Positions 25,182 to 33,158 of a stretch of 35,451 nt of DNA are shown here, in pieces. Both the position numbers and the translations under genes were made by a program. The DNA comes from a virus (Duplodnaviria > Caudoviricetes). The notes beneath the pieces are model-generated. The model worked only from the letters and a program-made list of their open reading frames with translations. It had not been told where the DNA came from and did no database searches. Location: IMG/VR virus record IMGVR_UViG_3300035006_000009, positions 1-35,451 of that record; one strand, written 5' to 3'. Numbering within the stretch: the first letter of the stretch is position 1; each line of letters begins with the position of its first letter.

Positions 25182-26675
25182 ATGATCGCAGGCGCCTACG
25201 ACTGGACCGACGACATGCTCAAGATCAAGAGCATGCAGAATAAGTTCCGCGACAGCTTCAACGGCACGGAGATCAACCCGGCGCGCTGGGAGATCGAGGC
25301 GACTGGAGGCGGCATCACGCACACCGTGGCAGAGGGCGCGGTGACCATCTCCACCGGCACGACGCTCGACGATGAGCTGACGCTCACCAGCCGGACCACC
25401 TTCACCATCCCGCTGCGGGTCATGGTGGCGGTGAACATGAGCCAGCGCATCGTCGGCCAGTCGGTCTGGCTCGAGCTGGTCAGCATCGATCCCACCACCG
25501 CCCAGCCGGACGGACGCAGCGCCGCGGCCTGGCGGCTGGATGGCGCCAGCGCGACGCTCGCGAACTACGAGGTGCAGAGCGAGGGCGCCCCGCGCCTCGG
25601 CAGCGCCTCGGGCAGCACCATCCCGACCACCGCGCCGGCCGGCTGGTCGGTGCTGGAGCTCGAGCCGACCAACGACGAATGCTACTTCCACGGCCGTCTG
25701 ATCGACACCACGGCGGCGCGCTCGAACTCCTATGTCCGCCACCAGCAGATCCCGGAGCCGAACGCGCTGTATCGTTTTCGGATCCGCGTACGGAACCGGC
25801 AGTTCATCAGCGGCATCTCGGCGGTGGCGAACAACGGCGGTGGCGCGGTGCGCATCACGCGGGCCGCGCATGGCTTTGCCACCAATGACGTGGTCACGGT
25901 CGCCGACGTCTCGGGCGTGCTGGGGGCGAATGGGACCTTCACGATCACGGTCATCGACGCGAACAGCTTTGACCTGGTCGGCTCGACCTTCACCGGCGCC
26001 TATCTGAACACCGGCTGGGCCTCGGTCAGCCGGAACCTGGCGCCAGTCTCGAACACGGACATCAAGGTCCAGTTCGTCACCATCGCGGATTATGCCGAGC
26101 TCACCACCGAGATCACCGCCGGCCGCGGCCAGTCGGTCGCTGGCCAGGGGCTGGGCGTGAACGTGCTCAGCACCATCCCACCGGCGGTCACGCCGGTGGG
26201 TGGCCAGGCGCGCAACACGGCCGGCGCCGTGCCGGTGCTGGCCGCCACTGGCTACTCGGCCAACCCGATTGCCGTCACGACGGCGCGTGGTGTGGATCTG
26301 CTGGCGACGCTGATCGGCGCGCTGGTCACCAAGCCTTACGCCATCCCCGAGGCTGACTGGCAATACGCTGCCGCCGCGGGCGGAATCATCAACACCACCG
26401 ACGTGGTGCTCCGTGCTGCGGCAGCGGCCGGAATCCGGAATTACGTCACCTCGATCGACATCCGCAACGCGCATCCGACGGTCGCGACCGAGGTGGTGCT
26501 CAAGGACGGCGCGACGGTGATCTGGCGGCAGCTGCTGCCGGCCGCGATGGCGGCCCCGGTGGAGATCACCTTTCCCACGCCGCTGCGCGGCACCGCCGCC
26601 ACGGCCATGAACGTCGCCTGCATCACCACCGGCGCGCAGGTTTACGTCAACGCGCAGGGCTTCGCCGCGCCGTAA
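25182..26675 (+). CDS. Beta-rich putative virion protein (head spike/decoration?) with an FCCH-like insert
   Basis: 497 aa rich in T/A/G/V; AVRITRAAHGFATNDVVTVADVSGVLGANGTFTITVIDANSFDL resembles E1-FCCH-like domains in phage structural proteins. Confidence 0.7.
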   Translation: MIAGAYDWTDDMLKIKSMQNKFRDSFNGTEINPARWEIEATGGGITHTVAEGAVTISTGTTLDDELTLTSRTTFTIPLRVMVAVNMSQRIVGQSVWLELVSIDPTTAQPDGRSAAAWRLDGASATLANYEVQSEGAPRLGSASGSTIPTTAPAGWSVLELEPTNDECYFHGRLIDTTAARSNSYVRHQQIPEPNALYRFRIRVRNRQFISGISAVANNGGGAVRITRAAHGFATNDVVTVADVSGVLGANGTFTITVIDANSFDLVGSTFTGAYLNTGWASVSRNLAPVSNTDIKVQFVTIADYAELTTEITAGRGQSVAGQGLGVNVLSTIPPAVTPVGGQARNTAGAVPVLAATGYSANPIAVTTARGVDLLATLIGALVTKPYAIPEADWQYAAAAGGIINTTDVVLRAAAAAGIRNYVTSIDIRNAHPTVATEVVLKDGATVIWRQLLPAAMAAPVEITFPTPLRGTAATAMNVACITTGAQVYVNAQGFAAP

Positions 26676-26699
26676 CGGCGCCCCGCAAGGAGCACTTCC

Positions 26700-28787
26700 A
26701 TGACCGAGCCGATCGAACCGGCGGGGCCCAGCTCCGTGCCGGATCCCGTCGCTGCGCCCGATCGAATGCCCACCGCTGGGCAGTCGATCACCGCCTGCCG
26801 CGCCCTGGCCGCACCGGTCACTGTCAATCGCGCGGCCCGCACCGTCGAGGTAGTTTGGTCCACCGGCGCCCGGGCCCGCAACTTCGTGCCGCCCTATGGG
26901 CCGATCCTCGAAGAGCTCGACATGGCGCCCTCCGCGGTGCGCATGGACGCGCTCCGCTCCGGCCGCGCGCCGGTGCTGGACACGCATCGCCGTGCCGGGA
27001 CGCGCGACGTGCTGGGCCGCGTCACCGCCGCCCGGCTCGAAGCCGGCCGCGGCTACGCCACGCTCCAATTCAGCGGCGCCGACGACGTGGAGCCGGTCTG
27101 GCAGCGCGTCGCTGACGGCACGCTGCAGTCTGTCAGCGTCGGCTACCGCGTGCACCGCTACGACCCCCGGCCCGACGCCAGCACCGGCCAGACCATCCAC
27201 CGCGCCGTGGACTGGGAGCCCTACGAGATCTCGATTGTGCCCGTCCCCGTGGACGGTCTGGCCGTGATCCGTGGTGAGGGGGATCAAGGCGCCCGCGCCA
27301 CCGCCATCGAACCCGCCCTGATTGAGGAAACCACCATGCCCGAGACGACGCCGGCTCTGCCGGATCCCGCGCCGGCGCCGCCCGCGCCGCCCACCATCCC
27401 GCACCAGGAGATCCCCGTGACCACCACAGCCCCGCCCGAGCCCACGCGCGCCGCGCCGCCCGCGCCCGACCTCGATGCCATCCGCGCCGAGGCCGAGCGC
27501 GCCGCCGTCGAGCGCATCGCCGGCTACGAGCCGGTGCTGGCCGCCGCCCGCGGCCTGGTGACCGCCGACATGCTCGACACCATGCGCGAGGCCGCCATCC
27601 GCGACCGCGTCAGCCCCGAGGTGCTGCGCGGCCGGCTGTGGGAGGCCTTCACCAGCGGTGCCGCGCGGCCCTCCCTGCCGGCGCGCCCCGACACCGGCCC
27701 GTCCAACGAGGATCCGTCGCAGCTCCTCGACGCCATGGCCGAGGCGCTCGCCGCCCGCTCCATGCCCGGCTACCAGGCCCCGCCGACCGGCCGCCACACC
27801 GAGTTCCTCGGCTGGCGCCCCTCCGACATGATCGGCGAGCTGCTCCGCGCCCGCGGAGAGCGCAACGTCCCGCGCAACCCGACCATCCTCGCGGAACGCG
27901 CCTTCCACACCACCTCCGACTTCCCGGCGCTGCTCTCGGCCGCGGCGAACAAGATGCTTCTGGCGGCCTATGCGCCGGCCGCGCCGACCTACCGGACGCT
28001 GTTCCTCCGCCGCGACTTCCGCGACTTCAAGCCGCACCGCCACCTGCGGGTCGGCGACTTCCCGACGCTGCTGCCCCTGTCGGAGAATGGTGAGGTCCAG
28101 GCCGGCACCATGTCCGAGAGCCAGGAGCTGGTCTTCCTGCAGACCTTCGCGCGGCGCATCCGCGTCACGCGGCAGATGCTGGTGAACGACGATCTCGGCG
28201 CCTTCACCGACTTCGCCAGCATGATCGGCCGGCGCGTCGCGGACTTCGAGAACGCGACCGCCTACCAGCTGCTGAATGCGGCGAATGGCGACGGCCCGAC
28301 GCTCATCACCGGTGCCGCGGCGGTGTTCGGCACGGCGGCGGCGCGGGCGAACAAGGCGGGTGCGGGCACCGCGCTCGACCTGCCGAACCTGGCGCTGGGC
28401 CGTGCCGCGGTGATGCGCCAGAAGACCCTCGACGGCCTGCCCATCGCCGTCGGTGCGCAGATGCGCCTGCTGGTTGGGCCAAACCAGGAACTCGCCGCGC
28501 GGCAGCTCACTGTCTCGGTCCAGGCGACGCAGACCAGCAACGCCAACGTCTATGCGGGCTTCGTGCAGCCGCTGGTGGAGCCGCTCATCCCGGCGAACCG
28601 CTGGTACCTGTTCTCGGATCCGCTGGCGGCGCCGGTCTACGTCTACGGCTACCTGAACGGCGCCGAGGGGCCGCAGGTCACCACCGGCAATGTCCAGGGC
28701 GTAGACGGCGTCGAGGTCAGCGTGATCTTCGACTTCGGTGTCGGCGCCATCGACTGGCGCGGCGCCTGGTTCAATCCGGGCACCTGA
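26700..28787 (+). CDS. Prohead protease - major capsid protein fusion
   Basis: PVLDTH, VSVGY, EISIVPVP (HK97-type protease); Pro-rich scaffold-like linker; HTTSDFP, DFK, NDDLGAF, DFGVGAIDWRG (capsid). Confidence 0.95.
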   Translation: MTEPIEPAGPSSVPDPVAAPDRMPTAGQSITACRALAAPVTVNRAARTVEVVWSTGARARNFVPPYGPILEELDMAPSAVRMDALRSGRAPVLDTHRRAGTRDVLGRVTAARLEAGRGYATLQFSGADDVEPVWQRVADGTLQSVSVGYRVHRYDPRPDASTGQTIHRAVDWEPYEISIVPVPVDGLAVIRGEGDQGARATAIEPALIEETTMPETTPALPDPAPAPPAPPTIPHQEIPVTTTAPPEPTRAAPPAPDLDAIRAEAERAAVERIAGYEPVLAAARGLVTADMLDTMREAAIRDRVSPEVLRGRLWEAFTSGAARPSLPARPDTGPSNEDPSQLLDAMAEALAARSMPGYQAPPTGRHTEFLGWRPSDMIGELLRARGERNVPRNPTILAERAFHTTSDFPALLSAAANKMLLAAYAPAAPTYRTLFLRRDFRDFKPHRHLRVGDFPTLLPLSENGEVQAGTMSESQELVFLQTFARRIRVTRQMLVNDDLGAFTDFASMIGRRVADFENATAYQLLNAANGDGPTLITGAAAVFGTAAARANKAGAGTALDLPNLALGRAAVMRQKTLDGLPIAVGAQMRLLVGPNQELAARQLTVSVQATQTSNANVYAGFVQPLVEPLIPANRWYLFSDPLAAPVYVYGYLNGAEGPQVTTGNVQGVDGVEVSVIFDFGVGAIDWRGAWFNPGT

Positions 28788-28826
28788 TCCGCACCGCCCT
28801 CATCGGCCTATCCATCATCAATCCAT

Positions 28827-28860
28827 GCAGAAGGCGTCCTTTGGGACGCCTTCTGCGTTT
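28827..28860 (+). terminator. Hairpin/terminator after capsid gene
   Basis: 13-bp perfect stem GCAGAAGGCGTCC-tttg-GGACGCCTTCTGC followed by GTTT. Confidence 0.75.
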
Positions 28861-28877
28861 CTGGAGACCTCATCCCC

Positions 28878-29225
28878 ATGCGCAACTATGTGCAGCCGGG
28901 CGACAGCCTGGCGCTCGCCGTCCCCTATGCCGGCGGCGTCACCTCCGGCCAGGGCGTCCTGGTCGGCGCGCTCTTCGGCGTGGCTGCCGTCGATGGCGTG
29001 CAGAACGCCGTCATCGAATGCCAGACCAAGGGTGTGTTCGACATCACCAAGGAGCCGGCGCTGGCGATCACCGCCGGCGCGCGCCTCTTCTGGGACAACA
29101 CCAACCGCCGCCTCACCACCACCGCCACAGGCAACTTCCAGGTGGGCCTCGCCACGGTGGCGGCGCTGGCCGCGGACGCCACCGTCCGCGCCGTGCTGCT
29201 GCGTGTCCCGGCGGCCGGCGCATGA
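28878..29225 (+). CDS. DUF2190-family capsid cement protein
   Basis: MRNYVQPG...GVTSGQGVLVGALFGVA...GVFDI; follows capsid gene. Confidence 0.9.
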   Translation: MRNYVQPGDSLALAVPYAGGVTSGQGVLVGALFGVAAVDGVQNAVIECQTKGVFDITKEPALAITAGARLFWDNTNRRLTTTATGNFQVGLATVAALAADATVRAVLLRVPAAGA

Positions 29226-29251
29226 GACACCCTGTGTCCAGCCTAATGTTG

Positions 29252-30457
29252 TCAGGCGGCGATTTTGACGGCGCTTGCGTGCTGGCTGGGGTCGTAGGTG
29301 TTGCCGTCTTTCCAGGCGCGCCAGAGCACTCGGACCCAAGCGCGTGCGAGGATGCGGATGGCATGGGGGTGCTTGCAGCCGCGTGCCTTTGCCTTGGCGT
29401 AGATGTCTGCGGCCCAGGCCGAGGCGTGTCGGGAGTTGTCGGCGAAGCGGGTGACGGCGAGGCGCAGGTTCTTGTTGCAGGCCCATCGGAAGACGACGCC
29501 GCGGGATTTGCCGGAGGCGTGTGTGACGGGGCAGACGCCGGCCTCGGCGGCGAGTTGGTCCTCGGTGGGGAAGCGTTCGCGGATGTTGCCGAGTTCGGCG
29601 AGGATCCCTGCTGCGCAGATACGGCCGGCGCGCGGGAAGGACATGACGATCCTGCCGTCGGGCAGTTCGGCGACGGCATGCTCGATGCGCGACGACAGCT
29701 TGGCGATCTCGGCGACGAGGCGTTCGAGGATGGCGGCCAGCGCGCGGGCGAGTTCACCCCTGGCGTCGGCCTCGGCGTCCTCGGCCAGGCCGGTGGGCGC
29801 GGCGCGGAGGCGGGCGAGCAATTCGGCGGCGGAGCGTCGGCCGCAATAGGCGTGCTGAGCCAGGAAGCTGGCCAGGCGTTTCTCGCCCAGGCGGTTGGCG
29901 CTGTCGGGCGTTGGATAGCGGCTGACGAAGGCGAGCGCGATCGGGCTGTCGATGGCGGCGAAGATGGCAGCAGCACCCGGCCAGAAGCCTTCGAGCAGGC
30001 TGCGCAGCTGGTTGGCGAGTGCGATGCGCTGGGCGACCAGGTCGTCGCGGCCGCGGACCAGCGCGCGGAGTGCCTTGATGTCGTCGGAGACGGGCATGAG
30101 GGGACGGAAGCGGTGCCCGTCGGTGCGCAGGATGTCGGCGAGCATGAAGGCGTCGCCCGGGTCGGACTTGCCGCCGGCGGCGCGATATCGAGGTCGGCAT
30201 GCTTTGACGACATTGGGGTGGATCGGGATCACCGGATGGCCCGCTTCGACGAGCGCATCGACGATGAGACCAGAGGGGCGCTCGATGGCGATGGGCAGTT
30301 CGGCCGGCGGGGCCACGCGCTTGAGGCAGGCCAGCATGTCGGCGAGGCCCGCCGCATCGTGGCTGACCTCGATACGGGTGACGAGCTGACCGGCGCCGTC
30401 GATGACGCAGACGGCATGGCTGGCGCCGCCCCAATCCAGACCTCCGTGAAATGGCAT
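29252..30457 (-). CDS. IS110-family transposase/bridge recombinase (401 aa)
   Basis: RuvC-like DEDD (GLDW, AIE, KSDPGDA); C-terminal Tnp domain with HASGKS serine; GAGGAG before ATG 30457. Confidence 0.97.
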   Translation of the reverse strand: MPFHGGLDWGGASHAVCVIDGAGQLVTRIEVSHDAAGLADMLACLKRVAPPAELPIAIERPSGLIVDALVEAGHPVIPIHPNVVKACRPRYRAAGGKSDPGDAFMLADILRTDGHRFRPLMPVSDDIKALRALVRGRDDLVAQRIALANQLRSLLEGFWPGAAAIFAAIDSPIALAFVSRYPTPDSANRLGEKRLASFLAQHAYCGRRSAAELLARLRAAPTGLAEDAEADARGELARALAAILERLVAEIAKLSSRIEHAVAELPDGRIVMSFPRAGRICAAGILAELGNIRERFPTEDQLAAEAGVCPVTHASGKSRGVVFRWACNKNLRLAVTRFADNSRHASAWAADIYAKAKARGCKHPHAIRILARAWVRVLWRAWKDGNTYDPSQHASAVKIAA

Positions 30458-30493
30458 GTGCTGGGCTCCTCGGGTTGCGATAGGCTCACCCAA

Positions 30494-30700
30494 GCCGGGA
30501 GATCACGCGGATCGCTCACTGACAGGCGCTCTGGCCGGCAAGCACTGGCGCTTCACCCTGTGGTCCGTCGGTATCTCCCGGCACCTGCCGCGCGGCGGGT
30601 CTCATGCGGGCCGTCCAGCGGCAAGCGACGCTGGCCGTCACGGCAGGGGCTCGGGCTGTCAGACACTACGCCGCTACGCGGCTCCGCGCCCAACAGCCCG
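30494..30700 (-). ncRNA. Predicted IS110 bridge RNA (5' stem-loop, target-binding loop, donor-binding loop)
   Basis: Stems 30652-30659/30693-30700, 30584-30596/30634-30647 and 30494-30503/30573-30582; internal loops match target and donor sequences; G-U pairs favour the minus strand. Confidence 0.85.
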
Positions 30701-30711
30701 AAGGTGCACCA

Positions 30712-31350
30712 GTGAGCCTCGATCCCAAGGCCACGCGGGGCTATCGCAATCGCAACCCGGGCAACATCGAGCACGTCTCGGCCAACAAGTGGCAGGGACT
30801 CGCCGAGCCGCCGTCGGACGGACGCTTCTGCCGCTTCACCAGCCACGAGTTCGGCATTCGCGCGCTCGCCGCGCTGCTGGTCACCTATCAGGACCGGCAC
30901 AAGCTGCGCACACCGCGGGCGATCATCGAGCGCTGGGCGCCCAAGGTGGAGAACGATACCGCGGCCTATGTCGCGGTGGTGGCGCGGCGGATTGGCGTCG
31001 GGCCGGATGATGCGATCGACCTGCATCGGCACGATCACCTCCGGCCGCTGGTGGAGGCGATCATCCACCATGAATGCGCCGGGCTCGCCTATCCGGCCGC
31101 GGTGATCGACCGGGCCCTCACGCTCGCCGGGGTGCCGCCTGCGCCGCCGGTGACGCTGCGGGAGGTGGCAGCCATCACCGGCACCGGCCGCGGCGCCGTG
31201 CTCGTTGGGGCGGCAGGCATCGCCACCGCCGTGGCGCAGGCCGCCCCCGCTATCCAGGCGCTGGGCACGCTCGCACCGGCGGTGGCCATCGCGGTCATCG
31301 TCGCCGCGGTAGTCGGCGTGCTCGCCTGGCGGCTGCGGCGCCCAGCATGA
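30712..31350 (+). CDS. Lysozyme-like protein (endolysin or virion lytic protein) with hydrophobic C-terminus
   Basis: RGYRNRNPGNI, GIRAL, IIERWAP..ENDT..Y, IIHHE motifs; start GTG partly supplied by the IS. Confidence 0.75.
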   Translation: MSLDPKATRGYRNRNPGNIEHVSANKWQGLAEPPSDGRFCRFTSHEFGIRALAALLVTYQDRHKLRTPRAIIERWAPKVENDTAAYVAVVARRIGVGPDDAIDLHRHDHLRPLVEAIIHHECAGLAYPAAVIDRALTLAGVPPAPPVTLREVAAITGTGRGAVLVGAAGIATAVAQAAPAIQALGTLAPAVAIAVIVAAVVGVLAWRLRRPA

Positions 31351-31655
31351 ACGCCTTCGCCGCGGCCATGGACGCGCTGGCGGCGGATCCGAACATCGGC
31401 ACGGATGCAGCCTACCGGGCCGGCGGGACCGGGGCGCCTGTGTCGCTGCGTGTGGTCCGCTCGGCGCCGGACCGGCTCGGCGATGCCTTCGGCACCAGCG
31501 TGACCCAGGCCAGCGACGTGCTCACGGTGGCGATCGCCGTGCTGCCCGCCGTGGACGCGGACGACACCTTCACCCTCGGCGCCGACACCCTGATCGTCCA
31601 GCACGCCGAGCGGGACGCCGCGGGCATCGCCTGGCGCGTCTTCTGCCGCCGATAG
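31347..31655 (+). CDS. Head-tail joining (gpFII-like) protein
   Basis: ATGA overlap; about 100 aa beta-rich; position before tail completion genes. Confidence 0.7.
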   Translation: MNAFAAAMDALAADPNIGTDAAYRAGGTGAPVSLRVVRSAPDRLGDAFGTSVTQASDVLTVAIAVLPAVDADDTFTLGADTLIVQHAERDAAGIAWRVFCRR

Positions 31656-31665
31656 GAGCACCGCC

Positions 31666-31965
31666 ATGATCGACCCCGAACGCATCGGTGGCATCGTCGG
31701 CGAGGCGCTGCTCGCCGGCGCGCTGGGTGCGCTCGGCGCGATGGCGCGCTTCTCTTCCACCGACCGGCCGCTGCTGACCCGCGCCTATCTGCTGCACGCG
31801 CTGGCCGGCGGCAGCCTGGGCACCGGCGCCTGGCTCATCGCGCATGCTTTCGAGCTCGACGGCTGGTGGCTTTTCGCGGTGGCGTGGCTCGCCGGCACGC
31901 TCGGCTACGCCGCGCTGCACGATCTGCTGCTGCGCATCCTCAGCCGCAAATTCGGCGGGCGCTGA
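31666..31965 (+). CDS. Small membrane protein, holin candidate
   Basis: 99 aa, three hydrophobic segments, basic C-terminus, AGGAG ribosome site. Confidence 0.6.
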   Translation: MIDPERIGGIVGEALLAGALGALGAMARFSSTDRPLLTRAYLLHALAGGSLGTGAWLIAHAFELDGWWLFAVAWLAGTLGYAALHDLLLRILSRKFGGR

Positions 31966-31968
31966 TCC

Positions 31969-32694
31969 ATGCGGCTCGGCGCCAGCATCGTGGGCGATCT
32001 GCGCAAGGTGCTGGCTGACGAGGTGCGGGCTGGTGAGCGGGCCGCGATGACCGCCATCCGTGCCGAAACGGAGCAGGTGAAGGCCGAGCTGCGCCGCCAG
32101 GTCACCACGGCCTTCTCGGGCAATGCGCGCGGTATCGCCAATGCCTGGCGGTCGATGATCTTCCCACGCTCCGGGCAGTCGCTGCGGCTCGCGGGGCTGG
32201 TCTTCACCAAGGTGCCGAACGTCATCGACGCCTTCGAGCGCGGCGCCCTGATCCGCGCCAAGGGTGGCGGGAAGTTCCTGGCCATCCCGACCGGCTTCAA
32301 CGCCGCCAGGGGGCGGCGTGGCCGAGGCGAGAAAGGCATGCGGGTCACGCCCACGCAGATGGTCGCCTCGGGCCAGGCCTTCCTGCGGCCGTTCAAGTCG
32401 GGCCGGGGCTTCGTCTGGTGCCTGCCGCTGCGGCAGGGCGAGCAGACTGGGCGACGGCGGCGCACGCGATTGGTGGCGGGTGGTGTCACCGAAGTCGGCA
32501 CCGGCAATCGCAAGGGGCGCGAGGCCTGGGCGCGCGGGCTGCTGGAGCAGGGGATGGTGCCGATGTTCGTGCTCCTCCCTCAGGTGAAGCTCGCCAAGCG
32601 CCTCGATGTGCGCGGCGCCGCGGAGCGCGGGCTGCGCCGCCTGCCCGGCCGCTTCGTGGCGGCTTGGGAACGCGAGAGCGGGAGGTCAGCGTGA
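31969..32694 (+). CDS. DUF6441-like basic tail completion (gpZ-like) protein
   Basis: Arg-rich; FLAIPT, VPMFVLLPQVKLAKRLD; position. Confidence 0.75.
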   Translation: MRLGASIVGDLRKVLADEVRAGERAAMTAIRAETEQVKAELRRQVTTAFSGNARGIANAWRSMIFPRSGQSLRLAGLVFTKVPNVIDAFERGALIRAKGGGKFLAIPTGFNAARGRRGRGEKGMRVTPTQMVASGQAFLRPFKSGRGFVWCLPLRQGEQTGRRRRTRLVAGGVTEVGTGNRKGREAWARGLLEQGMVPMFVLLPQVKLAKRLDVRGAAERGLRRLPGRFVAAWERESGRSA

Positions 32695-33137
32695 GCGCGC
32701 GCGAGACCGCCATCGCCGCACTGCACACCCAGCTCGTCACGTCGCTGGCGGCACGAGACCCAGCACCTCTGGTACTGCGCGGCGAGACCATCCCGCAGCG
32801 CATTCCCCCCGGCGGGCTAGTCGTCGTCCGCGACGGCGAGGCGGTGGAGGAGACGCCGATCCTCTCGCCGCTCGCCTGGCAGATCGAGCACCGCGCCGAG
32901 GTCGAGATCACCGTCAACGGCGCCACGCCCGCCGTGCGCAACGCCCTGCTCGACGCGCTGCTGGTCGATGTCGCCGCCGCCATCACCGCCAACCGCACCC
33001 TCGGCGGCGCCGTCGAATGGGCGCAGCCCGGCAGTGCGTCCTTCGAGGATGTCGAGTTCGAAGGCGCGGCCGCGGCGCGTGCCGCCGCCATCCCCGTCAC
33101 CCTCTGGTTCACCGTCGCCGGCTCGCCGCTGGCCTGA
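32691..33137 (+). CDS. Tail terminator (gpU-like) protein
   Basis: GTGA overlap; SARETAIAAL, VRDG, NRTLGGAV; precedes tail tube gene. Confidence 0.75.
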   Translation: MSARETAIAALHTQLVTSLAARDPAPLVLRGETIPQRIPPGGLVVVRDGEAVEETPILSPLAWQIEHRAEVEITVNGATPAVRNALLDALLVDVAAAITANRTLGGAVEWAQPGSASFEDVEFEGAAAARAAAIPVTLWFTVAGSPLA

Positions 33138-33158
33138 TCCCCTTCCAGGAGAAAGTCC

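Larger units (their letters stand above)
29225..30716 (-). mobile_element. IS110-family insertion sequence
   Basis: DEDD transposase, no terminal inverted repeats, TGAG at both junctions (29223-29226, 30713-30716); removal restores an ATGA gene overlap. Confidence 0.95.

Noticed and set aside
25176-28043. 955-aa minus-strand ORF
   Set aside because: Antisense shadow of two well-supported plus-strand genes; long stop-free antisense frames are common at this GC content; no recognisable motifs.
30482-30489. AGGCTCAC matching the right junction in inverted orientation
   Set aside because: Lies outside the predicted stems and includes flank bases that disagree with the encoded left guide; treated as chance.
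28841-30715. 624-aa plus-strand ORF spanning the IS
   Set aside because: Antisense shadow of the transposase that crosses the insertion junction, so it cannot predate the insertion.
29223-30716. TGAG at both IS ends as a target-site duplication
   Set aside because: IS110 elements recombine through a core shared by donor and target; the predicted donor guide itself encodes CTCA, so this is shared sequence and not a duplication.
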